From: Alphaproteobacteria bacterium
Lineage (GTDB): Bacteria > Pseudomonadota > Alphaproteobacteria > JAOXRX01
NCBI GenBank assembly: GCA_025800285.1
Contig: JAOXRX010000037.1
Location: 52,651-116,650, forward strand
Direction: 5' to 3'
DNA length: 64,000 bases
A program made the position numbers and the translations under genes. The notes below the pieces were generated by a model, which was not told where the DNA came from, made no database searches, and was given only the letters and a program-made list of their open reading frames with translations. The number at the start of each line of letters is the position of its first letter. Position 1 is the stretch's first letter. Positions 27,351-36,884 of the stretch are shown here, piece after piece.

Positions 27351-28247
27351 TTATCTTGAGAAGCAGTCAGGCAAAGGAGCCTCTACACTAATCATTTTCT
27401 CTTCATTTGATGGGTTTGGAAAAGTTATTTTCTTAGCATGTAAATACATTCTATCTTTAAACTCTTTAAGATAAACTTTCTTACCACCATATTTACCATC
27501 GCCAATTATAGGACAACCTATCTTTTGCAAATGAACCCTAATTTGATGCATTCTTCCTGTCTCTGGATATAATTCAAACAGAGTAGCTTTATTCTCATAT
27601 TTATCTAAAACCTTATACCTTGTAACCGCTTCCTTACCATTTACACTAACAACTACTCTTTCATTATTTCCTAACTTCTTCATTAAAGGATAATTTATAA
27701 CCCCTTCTTTTTTGCTGGTACTGCCCCACCCCCATGCGACATAAACCTTTTTAATTGTTTTCTGTTTAAAGCCTTCTAACATTTTATGAGCTGTTTTATT
27801 GTTTCTAGCAAGAATTAAAACTCCAGATGTTTTCTTATCTAATCTATGAACAAGCTTTGGATTTTCTTTATTCCCAAATCTTAAAACCTCAAGCATAGAA
27901 TCTAAATTTTTAAAAGAGCCAGAACCTCCTTGCACTGCAAGCCCCTCCGGCTTATTAATAACTATAACATTATCATCCCTATACAAAACAGATTCAATTA
28001 ATAATTTTCTATCTCTTTCGTTTGGCTCATACTTTTTCTTTTTAGACTTTATAACTTCAACTTCTGGACAACAAACCTCATCATTAAAACAAACTCTTGC
28101 ATTTATTTTAACTTTTTTCCCATTAACTTTAACCTTACCTGTTCTTATAAACTTTTGAGCCTCTACTGCAGAATTAACAAGCTTATTTTTTAATAACCAC
28201 CTATCTAACCTGCTATTATCGTAATCTTTTTCAATCTTTTTTATCAT
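27351..28247 (-). CDS. RluA-family pseudouridine synthase with an S4 domain (RluC-like)
   Basis: RLDRWLLKN (S4 domain), HRLDKKTSG (catalytic Asp) and GRMHQIRVH. Confidence 0.8.
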   Translation of the reverse strand: MIKKIEKDYDNSRLDRWLLKNKLVNSAVEAQKFIRTGKVKVNGKKVKINARVCFNDEVCCPEVEVIKSKKKKYEPNERDRKLLIESVLYRDDNVIVINKPEGLAVQGGSGSFKNLDSMLEVLRFGNKENPKLVHRLDKKTSGVLILARNNKTAHKMLEGFKQKTIKKVYVAWGWGSTSKKEGVINYPLMKKLGNNERVVVSVNGKEAVTRYKVLDKYENKATLFELYPETGRMHQIRVHLQKIGCPIIGDGKYGGKKVYLKEFKDRMYLHAKKITFPNPSNEEKMISVEAPLPDCFSR

Positions 28248-28308
28248 ATTAACGATTTTATAATAAATTACATGTTATTACAATAAAAAAGTTCAGGGGG
28301 AGGACTTT

Positions 28309-28377
28309 ATGAATGTTATAATGTTAACAATGCAAGCTTTTATAGCTTACTTCACTGTTATTTTATTTTTTTCTTGA
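28309..28377 (+). CDS. Candidate 22-aa hydrophobic micro-protein
   Basis: GGGGGAGG lies 6 nt upstream of the ATG. The translation is MNVIMLTMQAFIAYFTVILFFS*. The ORF is below the track's length cut-off and I found it by reading the spacer. Confidence 0.3.
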   Translation: MNVIMLTMQAFIAYFTVILFFS

Positions 28378-28404
28378 TTTTAGAGAACTGCTTTTTTATA
28401 ATAC

Positions 28405-29079
28405 TTGCGAAAAGGAAAAACAAGCATTATGGGAAAAATATTAACAGTACTAAAAACTATATTTATAGACAAAATGTGGGATAACATCGAATTCTGGCAT
28501 TTATTCTTTTTAACTGTACTTATATCATTAACAATTATAAAAATTTTATATATAATAGACAGAAATTTTGGAGCTTTTAAGAAAAACAAACAATATGATT
28601 TGTTAATATATAGAAAAATATCAGCCTTTGCTTCAAATGAAGAGATTCTGCTTTTTCTAGATGACTTACTTAAAAACCTTAGGTTTAAAAAATCAGAACT
28701 AAAACAAATTGAAGATTTAATTTCTTTACTAAGAAATAATAACAATAGATATAAAAGTGAATTATTGAGAATGCATGTAGATAAAATCTCAAAAGACTTA
28801 AATGTTTTAAAACACTTTTTGATTATAAACTTTTCAGAAGAAGAGTTAGATTCTATTAGTGAAGACTCATATCTAGTTCTACTACCAGAAACATTAAGAA
28901 CTCTTAATGACAAGAATAAAAAAGAGATATTAGTGCAAGACAACATGGGTGCAGAAATTATAGCTCAAAAGCAAGAATTCTACTTCCAAAAAGAAAGAGA
29001 ATTAAAAGAAATTACTCAAAAAGTTAAAAACGAATACAATTCATATGTAGCTTTAATAAAGAGATATCTAAATGTTTAA
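28405..29079 (+). CDS. Hypothetical membrane-anchored coiled-coil protein upstream of ftsB
   Basis: 224-aa ORF with one TM helix (FWHLFFLTVLISLTIIKILYII) and a Lys/Glu/Leu-rich remainder. The likelier start is the ATG at 28429. Its stop overlaps the ftsB start. I prefer it over the antisense ORF 28380..28946. Confidence 0.5.
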   Translation: MRKGKTSIMGKILTVLKTIFIDKMWDNIEFWHLFFLTVLISLTIIKILYIIDRNFGAFKKNKQYDLLIYRKISAFASNEEILLFLDDLLKNLRFKKSELKQIEDLISLLRNNNNRYKSELLRMHVDKISKDLNVLKHFLIINFSEEELDSISEDSYLVLLPETLRTLNDKNKKEILVQDNMGAEIIAQKQEFYFQKERELKEITQKVKNEYNSYVALIKRYLNV

Positions 29080-29374
29080 CTCAAACAAAATAAATAAAAA
29101 AAACATAACTAGTGCAATATTGGTTATATTTATAATATATTTTATGTTTTACTTCCTATTTGGACGATATGGCTTTATTGAACACTCTAAAATACAAAGA
29201 GAAATTGTTGTACAATCTAAAGAACTTGAAAACATAGAAAACAGCAATACAAAGTTATCAAACAATATAAACTCTTTAAAGAGCCATAGTCTAGACAAAG
29301 ACTTACTAGATGAACAAGTTCGAAGAAATCTTGGATATGTTGATAAAGATGAGGTTGTTATATATTACAAATAA
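29072..29374 (+). CDS. ftsB: Septum formation initiator FtsB/DivIC family
   Basis: 100 aa with an N-terminal TM helix, a coiled coil and a C-terminal DLLDEQVRRNLGYVDKDEVVIYY typical of FtsB. Confidence 0.7.
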   Translation: MFNSNKINKKNITSAILVIFIIYFMFYFLFGRYGFIEHSKIQREIVVQSKELENIENSNTKLSNNINSLKSHSLDKDLLDEQVRRNLGYVDKDEVVIYYK

Positions 29375-29377
29375 AAC

Positions 29378-29408
29378 AAACTCCTCTGATTAGAGGAGTT
29401 TATTTTTA
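29378..29408. terminator. Bidirectional terminator between ftsB and trxB
   Basis: Perfect 10-bp stem AAACTCCTCT / AGAGGAGTTT (29378-29401) with loop GATT, followed by ATTTTTATT. Confidence 0.8.
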
Positions 29409-29425
29409 TTAAACACTAAATATAT

Positions 29426-30346
29426 TTAAGCTAAGAACTTTTCAACTTCTATTGAAGCTTTAGCTCCAGTTCCTGCTGCTATAACAGCTTGCTTATAATT
29501 AGGCTCTGTAACATCACCACAAGCAAAAACACCCTCAACACTAGTCTCTGTTGAATACTCTTTTACTTTAATATAACCTAGCTCATCAATATCTAATGAA
29601 CCTTGAAAAATTTGACTATTTGGAACATAACCAATCGCAACAAAAGCACCGTCCACTTCAACATCAGACACTTCTTCTGTGTTTTTATTTTTAACTCTAA
29701 CTGCTGATAATTTTTCTCCATCGCCTACGAACTCTTGCACTAATGAGTCCCAAACGATTTCTATTTTATCATTATCAAATAGCTTTTGCTGTTGTATTTT
29801 TTCTGCTCTTAGAGCATCTCTTCTATGTATTAAATAAACTTTTTTACAAAAGTTTGTTAAGTACAAAGCTTCTTCCACAGCGGTATCTCCGCCACCTAAA
29901 ACAGCTACAGTCTTACCTTTAAAAAAGAACCCGTCACAAGTAGCACAATAAGACACACCTTTATTTAAATATTTTTCTTCAGATTCAATTCCAAAAGTCC
30001 TTGGTTTTGCACCTGTAGCAATAACAACAGAGTCTGCTTCATAAGTTTCATTATCAGATTTAAGAATAAATGGTCTTTTTGAGAAATCGACTCCTGTAAT
30101 TGTGTCTCTCTTAATCTCTGCTCCAAATCTTTCAGCTTGAGACTTCATCTTCATCATTAAATCAAAACCTTGTATTCCTTCTGGAAATCCTGGGTAATTC
30201 TCAACATCTGTAGTTTTTGTTAATTGACCTCCCTCAACATCTCCTGATAAAATTATTGGGTTTAGATTTGCTCTACCCATATAAACACCTGCTGTATATC
30301 CTGCAGGACCTGTTCCAAGAACAATAACTTTACTTTTTACTGTCAT
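29426..30346 (-). CDS. trxB: Thioredoxin-disulfide reductase
   Basis: 306 aa with GTGPAGYTAG (FAD), the redox centre CATCDG and the NADPH motif GGGDTAVEEA. Confidence 0.92.
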   Translation of the reverse strand: MTVKSKVIVLGTGPAGYTAGVYMGRANLNPIILSGDVEGGQLTKTTDVENYPGFPEGIQGFDLMMKMKSQAERFGAEIKRDTITGVDFSKRPFILKSDNETYEADSVVIATGAKPRTFGIESEEKYLNKGVSYCATCDGFFFKGKTVAVLGGGDTAVEEALYLTNFCKKVYLIHRRDALRAEKIQQQKLFDNDKIEIVWDSLVQEFVGDGEKLSAVRVKNKNTEEVSDVEVDGAFVAIGYVPNSQIFQGSLDIDELGYIKVKEYSTETSVEGVFACGDVTEPNYKQAVIAAGTGAKASIEVEKFLA

Positions 30347-31295
30347 TCTTTATCTCTCCTTCAATTTGCATAGCAACATCTTTTGCATTTTCAACTCTAG
30401 CATAAGAGTAATCTTCTATTTTATCTTTTCCAAGCACTCTTATGATTTTCTTTTTTTTCAGCTCGCAATGAAATTTATCAAATTTTTTACTTCCACCCTT
30501 TAGTTCAATTAAGTAAACGGGCTTACCTGTAAAAGTAGCCTCACTTAACATAGACATAGAATCACTAGAAACAAATATATAATCTGCAATATCCATAAAA
30601 GCAAAATAAGGATTATCGCTTACATTATCATAAATATAAGTATTTCTCTTCCTTTTAAATTCTTTTTTTATTAAATCAAAACAAACCTCAGGAGTTCTTC
30701 TTGAAGCTGTTAATACAATATTTGCTCGTAGTTTTTTAGAAGCTTCCTTAATATCATCACATATTTTTTTGGTTAACTCTAAATCCATAGTATGATTTCT
30801 TGAATTGCCACCAATAAGCACCGCAATTGTTTTTTTGTTTTTAAAGCTTTTAAATAAATGTGCAAACCTTTTTCCTTCAGATTTTATCTTTTTATCTGTA
30901 AGCTTATGCATAGCTCCTGTTGTTAAAATAACATTTTTTGCTCTTAGAGAATCGTGTTCTGGAATAACAATATAGTCAAACTTCTTTCTAGACACTCTAG
31001 GATCTTGTATGCAAATTAAAATAGTTTTTGGATTTTTTTTCTTAATATGCAACCCTACAGAAACAGCTTTTCTACCCGATACAATTAATATATCAGGATA
31101 TTTATCTGAGAATTTTTCTGTAGTAGGATTTATAGAATCAATTCTAATATATGGATTGATTTTATCCCATATTTTTTTTAATGTAATTGTTTTTATTTGA
31201 TAAGAATCTACAAGATTATCTGCTAACCCTATACACTGATTAAGAGTTCCTATTTTTCCATCAGTTACAACCCAACATTTTTTATTTTTAATCAT
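30330..31295 (-). CDS. ELM1/DUF1022-family protein (putative glycosyltransferase-like)
   Basis: The N-terminus CWVVTDGKIGTLNQCIGLADNL matches the 'vWvltDg.aG..nQ..GLAeaL' start of bacterial ELM1-family proteins. The gene overlaps the trxB start by 17 nt. Confidence 0.6.
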   Translation of the reverse strand: MIKNKKCWVVTDGKIGTLNQCIGLADNLVDSYQIKTITLKKIWDKINPYIRIDSINPTTEKFSDKYPDILIVSGRKAVSVGLHIKKKNPKTILICIQDPRVSRKKFDYIVIPEHDSLRAKNVILTTGAMHKLTDKKIKSEGKRFAHLFKSFKNKKTIAVLIGGNSRNHTMDLELTKKICDDIKEASKKLRANIVLTASRRTPEVCFDLIKKEFKRKRNTYIYDNVSDNPYFAFMDIADYIFVSSDSMSMLSEATFTGKPVYLIELKGGSKKFDKFHCELKKKKIIRVLGKDKIEDYSYARVENAKDVAMQIEGEIKNDSKK

Positions 31296-31341
31296 AATTA
31301 AAATCCTAACACTCTTTAAATAAAATTAAAAGAAAAAATAG

Positions 31342-31785
31342 CTAAATAGATTTAGCTATTTTATCAAGTATTACATTTACAATCCCTATTTCTTTCTTAT
31401 CATAGAAAGCATTTGTTACATCTAGATAAGAAGAAATTATATTTGGCTTTGTATATTCACTTGTATTTTCTAAAAGTTCATAAACTCCAGCTCTCAATAT
31501 ACACTGAAGTATTATTTCCAATCTATCCATTTCATATTTTGAAACTGAAGATATTATTCCATCTACATCTTCTTTTCTATTATCATAACCTTCAACTATT
31601 TTTGTTAAAAGATCTAGATTCGCTGGATTAAAATTAATACCGTCTAAATCTTTACCTGTAAAGTAATCATCTTTATCCAAAAGAGCTCTTTTTGCAGATA
31701 CTCCTGTTGTTTGCATTTGATATAACAGTTGTACTGCTCCAAGCCTAGCGGCCATAATATATTCTTTTCCAATTATAGATGTCAT
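31342..31785 (-). CDS. nusB: Transcription antitermination factor NusB
   Basis: ARLGAVQLLYQM and ILRAGVYELL motifs. An ATG at 31755 (MAARLG) is an alternative start. Confidence 0.85.
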   Translation of the reverse strand: MTSIIGKEYIMAARLGAVQLLYQMQTTGVSAKRALLDKDDYFTGKDLDGINFNPANLDLLTKIVEGYDNRKEDVDGIISSVSKYEMDRLEIILQCILRAGVYELLENTSEYTKPNIISSYLDVTNAFYDKKEIGIVNVILDKIAKSI

Positions 31786-31925
31786 ATAAATCCTTTTCTG
31801 TATTTTCTTATTGAAGAACTTTATACAACAAAAGGCTCAAAAAATCAAGGTCAAAAAAAGTTTGTTTTTTATATTTTTTAATGCTAGAATTTTAATACAA
31901 AGAGGAAAACAAGAGAAAAACAAAT

Positions 31926-33308
31926 ATGATTAATGAAATTAAATCTGAAATAGCTTTTTTGAAAGACCATCATCTAGAAAAAGAGGTCTGGAAAGAGACT
32001 CCTCTAGACTTGATAAAGAGACTTACATCAAATATAAAAGCTCATAACAAAGAACAAAAGTCTAAGCTGATTGAAGAAGTTAGAGACTTTATTGCTAAAG
32101 GCAAAGGTAATGACGACTCATTTGATTTTGTAACAAGAGAAGATAAAAAGTTTTACAAAGAAATTCATATATACAGACATAAAAACAAAGTTGTTGCAAG
32201 AATCGATAGGACAATGGATGACGGATTCGGTAAACACACTCCATTTGAGAACTTTGTAACAATTGAATACGATGAAGATAGCAATGAAAAAATACAAGCA
32301 AAAAAAATAAATATTTTAGGATTAGAGTATGTTCCATATCCAGCTAATCTAATCTTTGCTGAAAAACTTTTTTCTCATATAGCAGGAGAAGTTGTAGATG
32401 GGAAAGACCATGACCGCAAACATTATGACGGATTCATTAAAGAGATAGCTCATGAGGTTCCTGATATATTTGCCTCTGATGAGCAAAAAGAAAAAGATAA
32501 AGAGATAGCAGAGGAAAACAAATATAAAATATGGAAAAAAGAAAAAGGTTTAGACTCTGATAGGAAGCTACATAAAGAAGATCTCAGTAACAATATAATT
32601 TATAAGTGTTTAATCCAAGCCTTAGAAGATAGCGATTTAAATAGCATAGATACTGACGGCTTAACAGAAGAAGATATATTAAAGAATCTTGTTAGCAAAA
32701 TACAGCTTAAAAATGATGAGTTAAGTAAAGAACTCAAAAGACAAGCAAAAGAGTTTTTGGATCCAAATTATGGAAACGACAGCTTCAATATGGAGAAAAA
32801 ACTTAAAGATGGTGCTTTAATATACTCTATTGATAGAGATAGAAAAAACAATAAAATAGATGCAAACATAAAATACATGCAAAAAGGGGAGAGAAAGACT
32901 AAGCATATACATATGTTTGACCTTATTCATATGGTTTACGATGAAGATGAAAACAACCCAGGAGAGTTCGTATTATATCAAATGTATATAATGGGTAAGA
33001 AATACCCTGTAACAAAGCAATGGGAATGGCTAGGAGAGAGATTCTATAATTATTTGTTATTTGAACTACAAATATCTGATGATAACCATGTTGATCTAAA
33101 CCAGATGGGAGAAGTTCTTGATATTCTTGAAAACCGCTGGCAAGACCATCGTTATATAGGTAATGAATATCTAGAAGAAAGAAAAGTTCTTTTAGATAAT
33201 AAATTTGAAGACAAGGACGAAAGATACGAAAGACTACAAAAAGAAGAACAACTTCGTATTAAAAAGAAATATGAAGAACTCTATAAAATGGATTTAAAAC
33301 CTTTATAG
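31926..33308 (+). CDS. Hypothetical 460-aa acidic/basic protein built from two homologous halves
   Basis: The halves align in order: LIKRLTSNIKAHNKEQKSKLIEEVRDFI...GNDDSF...TIEYDEDSNEK...ILGLEYVP versus ILKNLVSKIQLKNDELSKELKRQAKEFL...GNDSF...MVYDEDENNPG...IMGKKYPV. No family recognised. Confidence 0.6.
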   Translation: MINEIKSEIAFLKDHHLEKEVWKETPLDLIKRLTSNIKAHNKEQKSKLIEEVRDFIAKGKGNDDSFDFVTREDKKFYKEIHIYRHKNKVVARIDRTMDDGFGKHTPFENFVTIEYDEDSNEKIQAKKINILGLEYVPYPANLIFAEKLFSHIAGEVVDGKDHDRKHYDGFIKEIAHEVPDIFASDEQKEKDKEIAEENKYKIWKKEKGLDSDRKLHKEDLSNNIIYKCLIQALEDSDLNSIDTDGLTEEDILKNLVSKIQLKNDELSKELKRQAKEFLDPNYGNDSFNMEKKLKDGALIYSIDRDRKNNKIDANIKYMQKGERKTKHIHMFDLIHMVYDEDENNPGEFVLYQMYIMGKKYPVTKQWEWLGERFYNYLLFELQISDDNHVDLNQMGEVLDILENRWQDHRYIGNEYLEERKVLLDNKFEDKDERYERLQKEEQLRIKKKYEELYKMDLKPL

Positions 33309-33788
33309 ATCTATTTGATTTAAGAAAGCTGATACTTTTAATTTTATATCATCAGCAATAAGCTCCAAAGATTTCTCAATCTCATTACCTCTTGCTGTCA
33401 TTGTAGTAAACTCATTATCATTAATAGCATAGGAAACATTATTAGAAGTTGTTCCTTTCATTATGACCTTACCTTGTTCTAACATTTGGAAATCAGCTTT
33501 CATCCAAAGCACTTTTCTCGTTGCAACATCATCTATATTAAGTCCTAAATCAGTTGAAGTTATTCTAAGTTTTACTCTAAGTTTATATCTAGCTCCAGCA
33601 CCTGCTGTTGATATTCTATTTTTTAATAAACTTCTTAAAATTTGACCTTCACGATTTGGAATAACATCTACGAACACCTCTCGAGAAACAGATACTTTCC
33701 CAAGAGGAGCTTCGTTTTTATGATACAAAGGTTTAAACCCACAAGAGCATAAAACCATTAGCATTAAAATTATTAAATATTTTTTCAT
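33303..33788 (-). CDS. lptE: LPS-assembly lipoprotein LptE
   Basis: Lipobox MKKYLIILMLMVLCSCGFKPLY; the start taken is the ATG at 33788, 4 nt after the leuS stop. leuS-lptE synteny is conserved. Confidence 0.6.
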   Translation of the reverse strand: MKKYLIILMLMVLCSCGFKPLYHKNEAPLGKVSVSREVFVDVIPNREGQILRSLLKNRISTAGAGARYKLRVKLRITSTDLGLNIDDVATRKVLWMKADFQMLEQGKVIMKGTTSNNVSYAINDNEFTTMTARGNEIEKSLELIADDIKLKVSAFLNQIDL

Positions 33789-33792
33789 AATA

Positions 33793-36270
33793 CTAGTTTG
33801 CAACAATGTTGATAATTCTACCAGGAACATAGATGAATTTTCTCACTGTTTTACCTTCTATAAATTTTTGAACTTTTGGATCAGAAAGAGCCAGCTCTTT
33901 TGCATCATCTTCTGATGCATCTGGAGCTAATTCTACTTCACTACGAAGTTTACCCATAACTTGCACACCTATTGTAACTGTAGATGATTTTGTTTTCTCT
34001 TCATCATACTTAGGCCAACAAGCGAAAGCAATGCTTTCTTTATTACCCAAAACTTCCCAAATTTCCTCTGAAATATGAGGTGCATATAGAGATAACATTT
34101 GAATAAATGGAGCATACATTTCCTTAGAAACAACATCTTTATCAGCCATGTAATTTAGCATTTCCATTAAAGCAGATATAACTGTGTTATGAGAATTTGT
34201 TTCTACTCTTTCACTTACATTTTTAATTGTAGAATGAAGAACATTTTCATCTTTGTCTGATAACTCAACATCACCTAATTTATCTTGCATAGCCCAAACT
34301 CTTTTTAAGAATCTAAACACTCCAACTAAAGAGTTTTCATTCCAAGCAACTGCTTGCTCAAATGGACCGATAAACATTTCATAAATTCTAAGAGCATCAG
34401 CTCCATATTCTGCAATAACATCATCTGGATTTACAACATTACCACGAGACTTTGACATTTTCTCCCCATTTGAGCCTAAAATCAAACCTTGGAATGTTCT
34501 CTTATTGTATGGTTCATATTCTGGCAATACTGCTGTACAAATATTATCATCATCTTTTAAGTAGCTATAGTTATTTGGATTATCTCCTGTTGCAGCATCT
34601 CTTAAAGCTTTATACCAGAAGCGAGAGTATAATAAATGACGAGTCGTATGTTCTTGTCCACCATTATACCAATCAACCTTGCCCCAATAATCCAATGCTT
34701 CTTGACTTGCGAATGCATCATCATTCTTAGGATCCATATATCTTAAGAAATACCAAGAAGAGCCAGCCCAACCAGGCATTGTATCTGTTTCTCTTTTAGC
34801 AGATTCGCCACATTTTGGACATGTACAATTAACCCAATCAGTAGCTCTTGCTAATGGAGCATCAGCATCATCTGTTGGTAAAAATTCATCCATTTCTGGC
34901 AATTCTAAAGGAAGTTCTTTTTCTGGAACTGTAACCCAACCACACTTTGGACAATTAATCATAGGTATTGGTTCTCCCCAATATCTTTGACGAGTAAATA
35001 ACCAATCACCCATTTTATAGTTAATTGCTTTTTTACCACACTCTTTTTCTTCTAGGAAAGATATTGCAGCATCAATAGCCTCTTGTTTACCCATACCATT
35101 TAAGAATTCAGAATTAATATGAGCACCTTCTTGTGTCCAAGCTTCCTCTTCAATATTTCCTCCTTCTAAAACAGGAACTATATCTAAGTTATATGCTTTA
35201 GCAAAATCATAATCTCTTTGATCATGAGCAGGAACTGCCATGATAGCACCCGTACCATAACCTGACAAAACATAATCAGCTACGAATACAGGAATTTCTT
35301 TTCCATTGAATGGATTAATAGCTTTTAATCCTTGAATTTCAACACCTGTTTTAACCTTAGCTTCACCAGCTGCGATTTGTCTTTCTAAATCTGTTTTATG
35401 TCTAGCTTCATCGATATAAGATTTAACTTCTTCTGCATTACCAAAAGAGCTCATATATTTTGTTAATAATTCATGCTCAGGACACACTGCCATAAAAGTA
35501 ACACCAAAACATGTATCTGCTCTAGTTGTGAAAACAGAAAGCTTTTCTTCACCTAAGTTAATTTTAAAATCAATTTCTGCACCAACAGATTTACCAATCC
35601 AGTTTTGTTGAGAGGTCTTAATACTCTCTGAGTAATCAACTGTCTCTAAGCCTTCCAAAAGCTTTTCTGAATAGTCTTGCATTTTCAAAGTCCATTGCGA
35701 CTTAACTCTTTGTTCTACTGGACCTTTACACCTTTCACAATTTCCACCTTCAAGCTCTTCATTTGTCCAGGCTCTTTTACAATGATCACACCAGTTAATT
35801 GTGCTATCAGCTTTATAAGCCAAACCAGACTTATAGAATTTCAAAAACATCCATTGTGTCCATTTTACAAAATCAGGATCTGTTGTAGAAACAACTCTAT
35901 CCCAATCAAAGCTGTAACCAAGTTTTTTCAACTGTTTTGTAAATATAGATTTACATTCATCAACAGCTTCTCTTGGATGTATTCCTGTTTTAATAGCATA
36001 ATGTTCAGCAGGAGCACCAAAAGCATCAAACCCCATTGGGAAAAGAACATTATATCCTTCCATTCTTCTTTTTCTTGACACAGCATCCATAGCTCCGTTC
36101 GATCTAGGGTGTCCAACATGCAATCCAGATCCTGAAGGGTATGGGAACTCTATCAGAGTATAATATTTTTCTTTGTCATTATCTATCTCTGTTTTAAAAG
36201 TATTATTTTCTTCCCAATACTTTTGCCATTTTTCTTCAATTACTTTAAAGTTATATTTTTCATTTTCCAT
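33793..36270 (-). CDS. leuS: Leucine--tRNA ligase
   Basis: 825 aa with the HIGH-type motif (PYPSGSGLHVGH), KMSKS and a CP1 editing domain. Confidence 0.97.
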   Translation of the reverse strand: MENEKYNFKVIEEKWQKYWEENNTFKTEIDNDKEKYYTLIEFPYPSGSGLHVGHPRSNGAMDAVSRKRRMEGYNVLFPMGFDAFGAPAEHYAIKTGIHPREAVDECKSIFTKQLKKLGYSFDWDRVVSTTDPDFVKWTQWMFLKFYKSGLAYKADSTINWCDHCKRAWTNEELEGGNCERCKGPVEQRVKSQWTLKMQDYSEKLLEGLETVDYSESIKTSQQNWIGKSVGAEIDFKINLGEEKLSVFTTRADTCFGVTFMAVCPEHELLTKYMSSFGNAEEVKSYIDEARHKTDLERQIAAGEAKVKTGVEIQGLKAINPFNGKEIPVFVADYVLSGYGTGAIMAVPAHDQRDYDFAKAYNLDIVPVLEGGNIEEEAWTQEGAHINSEFLNGMGKQEAIDAAISFLEEKECGKKAINYKMGDWLFTRQRYWGEPIPMINCPKCGWVTVPEKELPLELPEMDEFLPTDDADAPLARATDWVNCTCPKCGESAKRETDTMPGWAGSSWYFLRYMDPKNDDAFASQEALDYWGKVDWYNGGQEHTTRHLLYSRFWYKALRDAATGDNPNNYSYLKDDDNICTAVLPEYEPYNKRTFQGLILGSNGEKMSKSRGNVVNPDDVIAEYGADALRIYEMFIGPFEQAVAWNENSLVGVFRFLKRVWAMQDKLGDVELSDKDENVLHSTIKNVSERVETNSHNTVISALMEMLNYMADKDVVSKEMYAPFIQMLSLYAPHISEEIWEVLGNKESIAFACWPKYDEEKTKSSTVTIGVQVMGKLRSEVELAPDASEDDAKELALSDPKVQKFIEGKTVRKFIYVPGRIINIVAN

Positions 36271-36776
36271 TAGTTAGCTTTCACCTCTTGTATTTTAAGT
36301 TCTCTTGCTTTTGTTAATATTGAATCTTCAATTTGAGTAGCCATTGCATCATCTATATCTACATCTTGCCATTGACCATTCTCATCTCTCTTTTGCTTAA
36401 ATACAGACACTTTAACACCATCTGCTCTAAGCTGTTTGTCTAAAATATATATGTTTAACTTATACCTATAGCCTTCATCTTTTAATGAAGTTTTCCAATC
36501 TGTTAGAATAACTCCTCCAAATGGATCAGCAGAAGCAACAGGCATGAAAGAAACAACATCTAAAGTTGCTCTCCATAAGAAAGCATTAACACCTATACCT
36601 ATATTTTGCTTTTCCTCTTCATTAGAGAATATATCTAAACCATCTTCTCCAAAAGCTTTATCGTGCTTGCCATAAACAGCTTGAGCCTCACCTCTTACTC
36701 TTGTAGGATATACAGCTTCACCACCACAAGCAGATAAAATGCTTAGCATTAACACTGAAAGGTATATTTTTTTCAT
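36270..36776 (-). CDS. DUF3576-type lipoprotein
   Basis: Lipobox LSILSACGG. LWRATLDVVSFMPVASADPFGGVILTDW matches the conserved core of the alphaproteobacterial DUF3576 lipoprotein that usually precedes leuS. Confidence 0.6.
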   Translation of the reverse strand: MKKIYLSVLMLSILSACGGEAVYPTRVRGEAQAVYGKHDKAFGEDGLDIFSNEEEKQNIGIGVNAFLWRATLDVVSFMPVASADPFGGVILTDWKTSLKDEGYRYKLNIYILDKQLRADGVKVSVFKQKRDENGQWQDVDIDDAMATQIEDSILTKARELKIQEVKAN

Positions 36777-36884
36777 AATAAATCTCCTAATATATTAGTA
36801 GTATTCTTTTAGCATTTTTTTTATTTTTTTTCAAACTCTTTTTTTATTTGATATATTTTTACACAAATGTTATTTATTTTAATT

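Noticed and set aside
28380-28946. 188-aa minus-strand ORF antisense to the 28405..29079 ORF
   Set aside because: Its Ser/Leu/Phe/Ile-rich low-complexity translation is typical of the reverse complement of a Lys/Glu-rich gene. It has no SD or partner genes. The plus-strand ORF is translationally linked to ftsB.
31009-36119. Shadow ORFs opposite the ELM1-family gene, nusB, the 460-aa gene, lptE and leuS (31009..31200, 31413..31631, 32095..32337, 33463..33645, 34452..34730, 35677..36078, 35928..36119)
   Set aside because: They overlap motif-supported genes. The translations are low-complexity with no SD.
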